A model generated the notes under the pieces. The model did no database searches. It was not told the DNA's origin and saw nothing but the letters and a program-made list of their open reading frames with translations. This document shows positions 33,999-47,904 of a stretch of 64,000 nucleotides of DNA, one piece after another. The DNA is from Catajapyx aquilonaris. Its lineage: Eukaryota. Within the stretch, counting starts at the first letter, position 1. Each line of letters begins with the position of its first letter. The translations under genes were made by a program, and so were the position numbers. The stretch lies in assembly GCA_000934665.2 (NCBI GenBank), contig KZ537981.1, forward strand, positions 62,001-126,000. The letters run 5' to 3'.

Positions 33999-36900
33999 GG
34001 TGTGGGGGGGGGGGGGGGGGGGAAACCTTAAGCAAGATGTAGTCATCAAAATGAACTAATCAGGATTTTAATCGCATTATTGCCAAAAGGGCAAGAGGGG
34101 AGGGGGATCGATCAGAGACCGAGAGAGAAATTCTCAATCAGACACACTCCGACCTCAATGACTAATGAGCCGTCATTCATGTCAGGATCGGTTAAATGAC
34201 TGGAGGCGGTTGCACCAAACTCGGTTAGCATCTCCGGTTACAAGGACATTCCTTCTCTCCGAAGTTTAACCGACTGATTCAAGTCCCGAGAGTATACAGG
34301 GCCGCTACTTCGGCAGTATTAAAACCCACGACCGGTTAACCATTAGTTAAACATCCTCAGTCCAGCACACCCAGCTGCTCCTGTCAACCTGAACTGAATG
34401 TTTAATCAGCCATTAATAATTAACCGATGGCTCTTAGGTAAGGCTCATCTGACCCAGAACTACATATTTAACTCCATGTTACATCCGGTTCCTCCCACCT
34501 TTTCTGTTAATTATTTTTCGGTGCTTTTTTGCGCGTTCTTCCATCAATTAACAGCTAACGGTCGGTTTAAAATGTAAACACCGGGTATACTGCCAGTTAG
34601 ATTTTAACGGCCAGTTAAACTGTAGGTGGCGTTTGGTGCCTCGGTTATCAGCAAGGTCATCGCGTAGTTATCCAAGAAAGGTGTAAGTCTTGAGGGGGGT
34701 GTAACTTGCATGTGGCAACGGTGCTCCCTCCTTCCCTCCTTCCCTCCACCCCCCTCCTCTCCCTAGTCTTGGGCGGCGCTGGCGTCGGCGTCGATATATA
34801 GCAGTAGCAGGCAGCAGCGCGCTCTGCTTGGACTGAATCAATACCCATGGTTGGAGTGTTGGAGGGGGTAGGGACGAAGAGGAGAGGAGGGCCAAGCCGC
34901 GAAAGGTCAAAGGTCAGGCACAGGATCTTCCGAGTCCGGAGGGGGGTCATCATCTGGTGGGCTGGAAGAAGGGGGGAGATTACACCCTCCTCAGGTCCTC
35001 ACGTGGACTCCAAAACACTACGAGACTTTCCCTTCTAACAAGTAGCCTAACTTGAGATCTGGCATCTTTCATTGGTCGCTCTACTAGTGAACCCAACTTG
35101 GCAACACTGCCCGGACCCCCGACCGCTTACGTAGTACATTACGTCGCTCATAGATGGCGCTCTCTGCATAGATGGAGGAAAATGGTACTACATCATGCTC
35201 ATAGGTGGCGCACCCTCCCTCTCTGCACACTACTGCCACTCTCAGTCGGACGAGAGGTAGTGGTACTTTATGCATCTAGCTGATGACTCGCCCCGGACAA
35301 ACAGATTCGAGTCAAAATAAGACCACAAATGTTTCATTATAAAACGGAATTAAGGACATTATGTTGATTTCCTGCTCTGTCTGACGTTAGGTAGGGTCAG
35401 GGATGCTTTTAAGAAGACGAGGACGGTTATCAAACACAAGAGAAGCGGTAATGGAAGCGTGAGACCCTGGGCAAATGCGGTTAATTTAATCCGGCAGTTA
35501 GTCTTCATCCGGGTGGGGACAAGATTGCATTATAGGAGGGCTAGAATACGCATCTTTAAGTCCGCATTCCCTCAACAGGATCCCCGCTTGTTAATCTCCG
35601 CATTTCCATTGGCTTAGCAGGTCGCGTGATTCCCCGCCGTTTGCTATTGGCAGGATTGGATCACGTGACTGGAAGCAGCCAATCGGAAAAGTTCTGATCA
35701 CGTGACCAACAGGGATGACAATATCCGTCATAATAACCCAGCTTAGGTGTTTTATAGTGAACTATGTATGTGTCCCACTTCTTTATATGGAATGTCCGGA
35801 GTCAGAATTGATGGTCTCTTGGCGTGAATGTAACTGTTCAAGGCAAGTAGCAATTTAAGCCCTTAAGGGGGCAAAGCAACCGCGCAAATCTGCGGCACGG
35901 AAATCTAATATTAATCACTATAACTCACTCTTAAAAATGTGGGTTTATTATTTTTCCACACGCGCCGATATAAAAAAAATGGGGGCAGCACTGTGCTCTG
36001 ATTACCGCCTTTTAATTTTAATATGCAATATTAAAATCGGAGTGGGCGTGTATGTATAAGCCTTCTGATTGGTCCGCCTCATTGTTACCGCGACGCTTCA
36101 GATTTGCCGGCGTTCAGTTCAGCGCATGCGCGCAGTGGGTGGACCCATTCAGTCGCATGTCGGCCGCCGACGGATGAAGGTCGCGGTTCGTCTCTCCCGT
36201 CACCTCGACTACGCGCCGAATCGGCCGCTGGCCGCTGGGTATCGATAAAATGCGTATGCATATTGCGTAGCGAGGGTTTTTCTAGTTTAATTTAAATTTC
36301 ACACATATGGTTACAGCTATCTTAACATTTTGGAGTCACTCGAGCATTCCCCAGGTATATGGCCGGTCCAGCAGCCGGTGAGTCAACGCCCCGTTTTCGG
36401 CTAGCTACAAATGCGACGAGTCTATTGCCCAGCTAAAGATAGACCCGGGCCAAAGGAATTTTTGACCGACTCTTCTATTCTTGATTTTTTTTTAGAAGTT
36501 CCGGTGGACAACTCTGGTTGGTCCGCAGTGAGTCTCACCCGAAATCGATCTTTGGGGCCCATCCCCAGCCCCCCTGCACACCCTTCTTCTTCTTCTTTGA
36601 AAGCACCCCCGTGTAAGTACAGTTGGTTGGATGCCAACAGCATATTTCCACCACAACAGAAGCCGCTTTTCTAGCGCAAGGATACGCCACAGGCAGATAT
36701 ATATATATATTTTTTGTAAGTCTTTTGCTGTAGCTGTTGGCACCACTCAGCAGCAGTGTGCCCTGCGCCTGCCACACTGCTTGGTTAGGGAAACAGGTCG
36801 GGGATTCCCCCTCCCTTCTCTCTCTCCCATTCTATACGAGGAGACACGACCCCCACTCCAGAAAACACGCACACAAAAACATGGCCTTCCACTTTATCTC

Positions 36901-39900
36901 CATTTGAAACGCGGCGCAATCAGGAAGAAGCCGCCATTTCTAATCCAATCTATTTGCTCTCGCCCCCCGAGATAACCATCCCCTTTTTCCATTTGCTGGA
37001 CTATAAATGGCCTCCATCCCCTTCCGCTTACCGCCCCACCATTATTATCCCAACGCGGCACATGCGCGGGGATCAGCAGATCAGCAGGTAGAAACACTTA
37101 ACCGTCAGTTAAACAGTTATTAGAGAATCCGAGCAATAATTGAGGAAAGAAATTTCACGACAAAAAGTTTGTACTCCAATATTGCCCGCCCACTTGCCAA
37201 TAAGGTGAAGTTACACGTGATCGGATTGTCGGCATGCAGGCCTTTAAGTTCACTCAGAGTGAGCGATAATGAGCTTGCTAATTACCCAGTGCGCGATAAA
37301 GCGTAATGCAATAAGAGCCAGCACTTATTGCGACCATCACCTGTAAAAGGTACGTGTCATAGCGACTATCGCTCGCTTACATAAAAAGAGCGGCCGGCGG
37401 CGCGGCGGGCCCAAAAATAGGTAGTAGGTTATCAGGTTAGCTGTAGCAGAGAGAGAGAGAGAACTAATTCATTTGGTGGGGGTCTCATATCTCTTATTAT
37501 ATCAGACCTTTCAGCTTGTAGCTTGCTCCATTTTGAAAGGAGATATGGTTTGGGCTCAGGCTAACACTAGCGATAAGGGAAGTGACGTCAGATGGTGCGC
37601 ATGCGTGAGTCCAAGGTGACCATTACTTATATCCCCGCCGATGCAGCTGGCAACGCGAGAACAGGTCAACACTCGCCAGAATATACCCCACATACTCTTA
37701 TAGCGACTCTTTACGTATTAAAAGAAAAGAAAAAAATTTGGCTGAATGGGAATAGTCCCGAGCGGCGCTTAATTTTAGCCTCCTCTGCCACTTGCTGCCT
37801 CCCGGAATAGACACGGGGTTTTGGAAGGATAAATCCAGCAGATGCTGCTTGTCTTTAAGGCTCCTCTCCACTTACCTACAACCCCACCCACGCAGCATGC
37901 TCAACCACTTCACGGCCTGCCAAAGAGCACATGGAGCAGCCCCTTTTCAAAGATGACAGACCCATTTACCACCCGGTTTTAATGGCAGCCGATGACGGAA
38001 GCGGCCAGGATTACGAGCTTTTAAAGCCACGTGCTTCGGAAGACCAATCGGAAGCCTGGTGGGAGCGCTCTGGCCAATCACGACTCGCTTGCAGGCCATC
38101 TGACCAATCAAGGCTTGCTGCAGGTCGTCTGACTCGCTGGTGCAAAATCAGTTTTTGGCCATAGCTCGAAAGCGGCTGGGAAATTTGCAATTACGAGGAT
38201 TTTCTGATACACTAATGCCTGGGCCAGCTTCCCAACGAGCCTACTCCCAGCCCTCTACGACTTCGGGAAGTGGGCTTTATATACTCGAACGTGCGAGTTT
38301 GCTGACCAGCAGTCCAGCACTTTGATGGCCACAGTGGGAGGTAGATTGGTCCAGACAAAGTGGTTCTAATCCCTTAATAAGTTAGCCTGTTCTCTCCTCC
38401 CATTTCTCCACAGACCGGCCACCTCTTTTGTTTTTCCCTTCAAGCAGGGGATCGACCACCTGCCAACCCCCTCTAATTTCACGCCCATTTTGTCGCCTTG
38501 ACGTCCAAGGGGTGAGACATTAGAGTGGATATTCATTGCATCTGGTGCTACACACGCGCATTGCTCGATTAAAATTTCGCGGAAATATTACGGCGGCTAT
38601 AGCCTGAATCAATGTGTCTGACATGAAAACGCGACAATTGTTTCAAGTAATTCAGAAGAGGGAAGTGCGGGGCTCTGCATCGACCCAACCTGCCTGCCTC
38701 ATCGGACTAATAAAAATATCACTACCGCATTATAGTTCTGGGGGGGAAAAGGGCCACAGGTGTGTGTATACCAACGTGTACAGTATTCGTAACTTTGGTA
38801 ACCCTCCACTAAAGACACGCCTTCTGGTTGAAGAGGGAACCTTTTTCCGGTATAATTAATTGGGCATTTCAATTCTTTTTTAGATGCCGCAATTGGCGAT
38901 GTCTTTGACCCCTCATCCGACATTGAATCACCTTGTACGACTTGGCGAAAATGGACCACCTGCGCCCACGTCTTTGCCTTCTTCAATAAAATTTGAGTTC
39001 GATTTTTGGCCAATTCGCAGTCAGCACACACTGCCAATATTCCGCCAAATCGCACAGCTTGTACAGGGTGTTTCATATTGAATCGAGTCAGTGTGCAACG
39101 GAGCTGGGAGGAAATTGCTTTCATCCTGGGCTAATATGCAACCGCACCCTTGTATCACGCGCTGCATACACCGCAGGCGCAATTGAAGGACGTCGCGTAC
39201 AATATTCGGTACACACATAATTGGCAAATGTATACAGGTAATCGAAGTGATTTCCACCCACCCACCCCCCGGGTTGCCATAGAGGCCACCTGTCGCCAAT
39301 TTTTGCAAAACACGATTATGAATTGAACCGATCCGGATATACGCACAACATACTATAACGGCCTTGCAATTGATCGGAAATGGTTCGCGTGACACCCTCA
39401 TCGAAAGTGTACAAAGTGGCACGTCGCATCCTAATCCCCATACGTATACATATCTCCTTTAAGGCACACTTACATCACGTGTCCTGTACACCCCATGCTT
39501 GCACTCGAACCAACAACACACGCACATGTTATTTTCTGGCATGGGTGTGTGTGTGTGTGTGTTGGAGTTTGGTATATCGACCAGTGTCCAAGGCCGACGA
39601 GCCCCAACCTTTGGGCCGCCAACACGTATTATTTTCCTTGTGTTCAGGGACAGGGTACTGATACAGGGTGTGCCATAAGGTGAGGAATCCAGAAGGCAGC
39701 CAATGGCGGTGCTCAATAAACTCAATCCAGGAAAGGAACAATCAGTGGCAGGGGGAAATGGGACAAACCGACAAACTTTCCCTTATCTATGTGACCAATC
39801 CGCTTATTCTCTCTGCCCACAAGTTTGTCCCTGTTGACTCATCGTCGTTGTTAACATTGTTTTCACTTCCCCCTTTCAACAATTAGAGCGGTCAGAGAGA

Positions 39901-42900
39901 CCCACTGGGAGGCGACTGTAGCACTCCGTGTGGTGACTCATCACCAACGTGCAACTTTAACCCCCTGAGAGTGGCAGTAGCCCGGTTGGAAAATCATGAG
40001 AGATATTAGACCGCGCCCAGCCTGTGGGGGGCAATGGATCCAACTTTTTGAACTAATTAAAAACGGAATAATAGGTACGCACATATCGATTGACATGGCG
40101 ACGTACAAATTGACAAGCTGTGTTGAGATGATAAAAAAAAGAGTTTCGTCGGTGCCAGATGGTATGTTATCAGCACATCTGTAATCGCCGGTTCATTTCC
40201 GGGGCATGGCTCTCTTCTCTTGTGAGACATCGAAGGAATGCCTTATTGCACAGCCAACAAAGCGATCACCTGGGTTCCGTGACACCAGGAAATTAGTCTC
40301 TCCCTTCTGGCAGCCACATTTTCATCCAAAAAACCCTAGGGGCCAAAACTTGCCTTCCAATCACCCCCTCCCTCAAATAACAAAAGAGGGAAGGTACATA
40401 TAAAAATGGTGGGGGGGCACGAAACCTGCCCAGATGGCGTCAGAAGTTTGTCTTAGCCGCAATTAATTCTTGGAGGGGGTGGACTAATTGGGCTCGTTTC
40501 GAGTGCTGATTTCACGTGACCAATGAGTGAGAGGACAACCCCCCAAAAAATCGACGCGGGAACGGCCCTGAAAATTGCCGATAGACCTTGGCATCACTCG
40601 TACAGTACACAGAAGGCGTTTCCTTCGCAAACTATAGATTCATATAGAGTATAAGGCTACTATTTCCTGGAAGGGGAAAAAAAAAGAAATGCTTATCTCA
40701 CTCTTTCAATATTTCAACACCCGTTTAGTTATATGGAAGTAGTCAGCTACACGTTGATGTAATAAATATTTGCAGCACCACTTTATATATTGACTATATA
40801 GTCTCGCACAGGGTGGCGCTATGTGCAAATTGTCGCCCCTAGCAAGGGAATTGCTGCAACTACTGCAGTAATTACACGGGGATAATATTTTATTCGCAAT
40901 ACAAACTGAACAGTTGAAATTTTTCTTTCCTAAGACTGGCCATTTTTTTTAGTAGTTGTTGTCAGCAATAAAAATTTCCAGTAAATATTTTACGACCCAG
41001 TAAATTATTTTCAGCAATGAAAAACCATTACCGAATGACTGTGGTGCATTACTGGCTGTCTTTCGTATGATTTATTTGCCATAATAATTTATAAATTTAA
41101 AACTATTTATATATTTTTTTATTTCGAGCAGTTGGCACCGCAGAATTCGCACTGAGCAAGATTTCGTGCTAATTTTTGCTCCAGCTGTGAATGAGATGGC
41201 GACAATTATTCGGCGTAGGATTTCGTGCCAATATTGTGACCTTGGAGATAAAGAGGTCAGCTTGATCGCCACAGTACACTAACTTTCAGTCACAATTTGC
41301 ACAAAAATTAACTGGTTTTTTTAAATAGTTGGGCATGTTGTTACAGAGTTGCAAAACTCTAGTTGTCACCGATGTTGGCAACATTTTCCATCCCGCGAGA
41401 GTCAAATCAGTTTTTTTTTTTAACAAACTCTCAGAAAACTGAAACTAAACATCGATTTATCCGAGATTGCGCTCTCTATGTTGTTTTTTTTTTTTTTTAA
41501 CATTGCCACACAAAGTCGATAGTTTGCGAATGATTCATGCGTGAAGTTGCACGGTACTTATCCTGCATATTGCAGCAGCCACGTTGTATGCACAAAAGTA
41601 TGACCAAACCACAATAAGTCCCTGCATTGTTGTCTTTTGATCCCCAATAAGCTGTTGCCAACAATTTGAGGCAGTGTGTCACATGATGTAAGAAGTTGGC
41701 CACGCGGATAAGTTGGAGTAAGTTATTCCGGTTGCATGAAACCAAATTAACTATAGTAAATGTCATTCAGAATATGCATAATCCAAACAACAAAATATTT
41801 GGAGTTGATACAACACGCCCATATTTGCAAAAACAAATGGAGATTGAATATTGCAAAAAAAAATCCTTCTTCAACAATTAATCTATAGGGGGGCATGTAA
41901 TTTCTCTACCAGAAAATCGAGTTGACATTACAACAATTGCTCAGCTCAAAAAGTGTGAGTGATCGTTCTGAATAATTCATCCCATAATATATTTTTTTCC
42001 GGCTCGTTTTTCGATCGACAGCCGCTAAATTGACTGGTCCGGATTAATCCTCGCGAATATTAGCATGACACACCCGCCCTAATTTTTTTCCCCCCCCCAG
42101 CAGCAAATCGTGCAAATCCTGTTTGAACAATCGTCGATGCGACGCCGACAACAATCGATACCGGCGTCGCAAAAAAAAATTATCGCAACTCAATTTAGTA
42201 GCAATATAATAATTATTATTGGGCTCACCATGCGTGTGTTATCCGGATCGCGTCGATGACTGGCGGTATTGTTGTCGCGGAGCATTGTTGGATCTAGGTC
42301 CGGTTTAGGGTCCTGGTCCTGTCGGGTAGGTGCGATTCGGTAATTAGGATGACCCATGATTACAGCACCTTAATTATATCCGAGTGTGGAAAATAAATTT
42401 ATGGGGGGGGGGGTTCTGCAGCACCCAGCACGTATCACCCAAGAGAAACGCCACGACACAGCCGCAGACATGGCGTCCAGAAGCTTCTTTCTCTCCACAG
42501 TTCGCCTCTTTCTGGATCAACCAAAACCCCCCTCCTGGTCCCCCCCCANCCCCTCCCCCCCCCCCTTCTGGTCCCACCCACCCACCCCACCACCGAGTTG
42601 GAATTAACTCTTGCGCACCTATACACCCACTACCAAAAATGTACGCGCCACAATAATAATTACAGTGCACATCCAACAACGCAATGAATCATTGTTCAAA
42701 TATAAAACCAGATTATTTTTTTGTTATATCAATTTTTGGAATTAAGCTGCTTATTTTTCATAAGTTGCTTATATTAGAAGCTAATAATATCGCCGCTAAA
42801 AAGTAACTGGTTAAGAGCATAATAAGCAGCTTAATAGTGCAAACGGATAATATTTGCTGTCGGATCACTCTGTCTCGAATTGAAGGTTAGAAATATTGCA

Positions 42901-43094
42901 TCTCTTAGATCACTATTGTTGTCATTGTGTCATGTAACAATCACTGAAGTCAGATGAAATTCGCATCATAATATTATCGGCCAATTGCAAATACTTAATC
43001 GAAAGAAGTTCAATTGAAGTGAATTCGCATAAGATAAACTGGACGAATTATTGAATTATTTTCATTTGATTCGTCATTATTAGGCTATTTTATT

Positions 43095-43155
43095 TTTATT
43101 ATTATTATTAATATTATTATTATTATTAATATTATTATTATTATTATTATTATTA
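43095..43155. repeat. (ATT)n microsatellite
   Basis: Direct inspection. Confidence 0.9.
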
Positions 43156-43958
43156 CAAAACGATATAATTGTGCTGTCAGTATAGTGCAAGTGGTTTAAT
43201 CAGTCATGCGGATTTGCTGCTGGCCTTATTAATATTTTTTTCCTGCGAATTTTTTTTTGCTTTATAAATCTGCGTGCGACTGATTTTAATCGGGATTTGT
43301 TTTTCCGAATAATCTCCAGCTAGGGATTTCCAAGGATTTCGGCCGGATTTGATGAAAAACGTCATGTCCGGATTTCAGATTTGCATCAATGTTTGACCCA
43401 CCCGGAAGCACATTTTCAGAATAATGCACATGCAGATTACTAGATTTATATTTTTTTAAAAGTGGGCACGAGATTTTTTTCGCAATTCTGCGCAGCTGGC
43501 CTAATTGCGATTACTTATCAGTCTTTGACATTATTACGATTCCAGACTCAGCGTCATTAACCTGCACAGTAAAATCGCTTAAAATTAACACCTTCGGATT
43601 CGCCTGAACAAAATTAGAGCCAGTTCTGACGTATAGAACTTTAGTTAATAACTGCTCGAATTTGATGATTTTTGATCGCAATTTGTGTTTTTGCAATATT
43701 TTCTGAACGTTGCCAATGTCGACGATGTTATTTCCAGTCCTGCAGTTGTCGGCGCGCATGTGAAGCGACGAGGTTCTATGGGTTCGATCCGGAACCTTGC
43801 TGGTGAGCAGGCGCAAACTTTTTTTTTTTTTTTTTACTCCTTTTTTCCATATACTTTAGGGGGGCGGTATGGCTATGGTGTGGGTGGAAAAGGGGGTGTT
43901 CAGGAATCAAGATTTATAATCCTCTACCTATTTTAACCCCCCCCCCCCCCCCCCCCCC

Positions 43959-44037
43959 NNNNNNNNNNNNNNNNNNNNNNNNNNNNNNNNNNNNNNNNNN
44001 NNNNNNNNNNNNNNNNNNNNNNNNNNNNNNNNNNNNN
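43959..44037. other. Assembly gap (N run)
   Basis: N run flanked by poly-C. Confidence 0.99.
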
Positions 44038-45210
44038 CCCCCCCCCCCTCCCCCCCAAGGCCCACCCAAAAATAATATTTCTCCTATAATAGGCTTATTC
44101 TGTCCGTCGGGTGTTTGCCCGACCTGATAGTACCGCTACCTCCCGCACGACCTGAGGGTGGCAGGAGTGTGCAGAGGGAGTCTGCGCCATCTCTGCGTGA
44201 AAAATATAACTACATGGTAAATCGGCGGGCCGTTTGATTGTCACTGCCATACTTATTATAGCTTTTGCCAAATTTTGGCAACGGGTTCCCTATAGTTTAA
44301 AAAGATTGAAAAATGGAGAGAGAAAGAAGGTTGTGCATATAGTAAGCTGTGCTGTCATCATTTATAACCAGGCTTTTGTGGCGGTGCTACAAAGTACCCA
44401 GTACCTGAGAGATCAAAAAGGTAGTGGAACATGTCTTTTTAATCGGCAGTTAAGTTGAGAAAAATTAATCCCGATTAATGTGTACATGCGAGCAGATGTT
44501 GCCTCGAGTCGAGTAATTGAAACCTGCTCCAGCAGATGTTCCCAAAAATTGTGCTAACAAAAAGTAACAATAGGGTCCAACATCAAGGTTGGGGGGTCCA
44601 TGTGAAAACCACTAGTTAGGACCTCTATTCAGGCCGTCCTACCCTTCTATTGATAGGGAAATTTTTGGAGGGTTGGACCACTGGGTTTTCGGTTACAAAA
44701 ATGAATTTCGTTTTAAAGACGGGTTTCACCCTGTGGGCCAGACCAGTCAAAATCGGGCATAAAAAAGCCACGAAGAAGTGGTCGTGAACTCTTGCGAAAT
44801 AACGACACTTTTGACGGATGACGCGAATTTGTCATTGTGACGTGGATGCGACCATGTTACGACCAAACGCCGAGTGACGACAACCTTGTTTCCTCCAGTG
44901 TTGTAATGGTGACAGGACAAATTTGGAGCGGCACTGTACAGTCCCACTCAATTGCAACGTAACCTGGTTTTCTGGATTGTTCTGTGGCTATGCATAATAT
45001 ACCTTACAGTAAGTCAAGAGGTACAGCGGTGTTAACACTCACCAGACAAGCGACATCCACCTGCGGCTTGTGTAATACAATGCATTGCTTATAAGTCTAC
45101 AGTACTTGTCACATTTCTTCTTCAAGAGCCAATTGAAATGGGGGCCATCAACACAAGTGGACACGCCACACGCCAACTGCTTAGAAACACTTGCAAGAAA
45201 ATAAATGGCT

Positions 45211-45243
<33 letters not shown>

Positions 45244-45460
45244 TTCTACAAAATAATACTGGGTGGTTCTCTGACCCCATAACCTGCGATAACAAAAAAG
45301 CACAGGGTGTTTCATAACCAGCTGAAGAGGAGGGCAGTAGGGCAAAGCTAGACAACGCAAAAAGAGTCCTTATTTCGACGAAGGGGACGCCGATCGATGC
45401 AGCTGCCTGATAGGTCCAGGAGCCCCCAAATTTCCAGGCTCTTCTGTTGGCCCACCCCTA

Positions 45461-45464
<4 letters not shown>

Positions 45465-45510
<46 letters not shown>
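45465..45510. repeat. (CT)n microsatellite
   Basis: Direct inspection. Shorter CT tracts at about 45220 and 47410. Confidence 0.92.
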
Positions 45511-45515
<5 letters not shown>

Positions 45516-47904
45516 TGATGATGCCCCTGCAGGTGAATCGCACACCTTCATTATAACCGGTCCGCATTCCCTATATAGTCAAGCCATGTTGCTTGAATTT
45601 TTTTGTGTATAAAATGCGAAGTTTGTTTGTTTGTCCAGGTTAGGTCCCGTGGCAACCGGTTGCCATGCAGTAGCTAACCGACGGTTTTGACGGGTCAGAG
45701 GCAGAAGGACCGTGGTGCAAGTATATAGGCCGATTCCAAGAACGGCCGACGCGACACGTAGGGTTGAACGAGCCCGTCAATGTTGTACTGGTCATGCGGC
45801 ATGCGAAGTTGTGCAGTTTAGCGCGCCGCTTGCTCAAATAATGATTCAGAATAAAAAGTATGGGGCGGGAGTTAATTCGACAGAAACATCCAGAGCAAGG
45901 TATCGATCCCCCTCGTGCCCAAAAATAAGCAGCTTATTTGTGTAACTAGCAGGTCGTAATCGTAATGGACGAAGGTCTTCTCGCCATGGTCACAATGAGG
46001 AAAAGCCTCTGTTTGCGCTTTTTTATTTATTTACTGTAGCAGCGGACCAGTTGCCAAATTTTGGCAACACTGCTTGTCGTCGTCGTCGTCCCCCAACTTG
46101 GACGTAGTACGATAGGCCGCACTGCCAGTTGGCGCATTGGCTCTCCCTCTGCACACTTCTGCCATTCTCAGGGGGAAAGTAGTACTACATGCACGTTGGT
46201 GATGAGTCACCGCGCGGACAAAGTCCACCCTGGCGCTATACTACTGTGTCCTCTATAGTAACAAGCACCTAGGTGATGAGTCAACTTGTTTACGGGGTGG
46301 AATCGCGGATTTATTTACTTATTTATTTATTTATTTATTTACGAACCAAAACTTGGCAGCACTGCCCTGCCATCCGATTGTCCACGCAATATCAAATGCA
46401 GCCAACAGATGGCGCATCCTTCCTCTCTGCACACTGCTGATGACTCACCGCGGACAGAGTAACGGGCCCTAGCCAATTCTATATACGATTTTTATTAATG
46501 TTATTAAGTTTTTTATCGACTGATTTCATGGCTATCAGAAATATAAAGAGTGTCGAGATGTCCCAAGGAAATGGGCCATATCGACAAACTTTCCTCTTTA
46601 TATATAAGATAAGCAGTTGCTTTTACTGGCTATCAGGAAATATTAGCTTCTAATATGAAGTGTCGATTTCCTTCTTTTCGTTGGGCAGTGTGGACTACTT
46701 GTCCTGCGTTGCGACTTTTTTTGGTGGTTCCTGTGCGTGCCTGCAGAGCCCCATTAGTCTGATTCGTTGCGTCGTGTAGTTTGTTAGGTGTAGAGGCACA
46801 CACCCACCTCCTTTTTCCCATCCACCTGTTACAAACCCTCTCCCCCTCTCTTCTCAGAATAGTTTGACCCACATTTACTATTACAGGAGGGTCCTTCTCT
46901 CTCTCCATAATATTCGTCAGACCCATTTTTGCTTCGAGACCCCCTGTGTTTACCGGTCCACTCCATGCCAATTACTAGGCTTAAGTACGGACCAACGCAT
47001 GCCGATAAGAGTAATTTCCAGAGACTTACAGTGGCACACGTATCTACCAGATAAGCGATTTAATTGGGCTCGTAATTGCTGTTAACATTGTTTCGCCAAA
47101 TATTCTCTCCTATTGCGCATGATTGTTATTTTTTTTCCCTTCGAATTATTATATGCATAGTCGTTTACAGTCTTTCATTTGTTCCCTGGCTTCATCGTTT
47201 CTTCCGACCTTGCCCTTTCTTTTTTGAGTTTTTCATTTCCATCGAGGTTGTGCTGACGTGGCGTTTTTCATTTTTTTTGAGTTTCGGGCGCCTAGAAACC
47301 AAGAAGGAACACAACCGCCTTCCGTGTGAAATATTTAAAGCTCTTCCGGCCCAGCTCGTGAAAGCCAAAAAGCTCTATAGTCTGCCCCTATAGGTCTATC
47401 CCCCCCTCCCTCTCTCTCTCTCTCTCTCCCCCCCCCCCCAAATAGGAGTCGATAAAAGTCACGATTTCCGATACTGACTAGTTTTCCTTTCCAGTCGGCA
47501 GCCAAATTATGCCCATCATGCAAACGTCGCTCTGATACTGCTCGTCCTACTTTTTAAGGGCCTATCCTTCATTCGGAGGCCTTTAAAAAATTGACAACCC
47601 TTTTTACTATCTACAGGGTGATCCAACCACTGCTTACACAAATTCTTGCCTATTTAGCCCCGTTTCATCCAGATTTTTATTTTTAGTATATAGTAATTTT
47701 TTAATGAACTTATTTGAGCATGATGTCACGCTCCATAACGATAGCGTGACGTATTTCATGGACGAACCCTATAAGCTATAGCCAAACACTATGCTAGTCA
47801 GCGAGGTTAAAATTAAGCCCAATTATTATAGCTTTGCGATATATGGAAAAATCATGGGAAAAATAGATGTACCACAAAATCTTCTCATGACGGCGCGGCG
47901 TGAG

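Noticed and set aside
43760..43810. GGTTCGATCC B-box suggesting a tRNA or SINE
   Set aside because: No cloverleaf or clear A-box. At most a decayed SINE fragment.
46440..46460. CACCGCGGACAG resembling an RE1/NRSE site
   Set aside because: The left half-site is poor, it is part of a repeat module, and REST is not expected in an arthropod.
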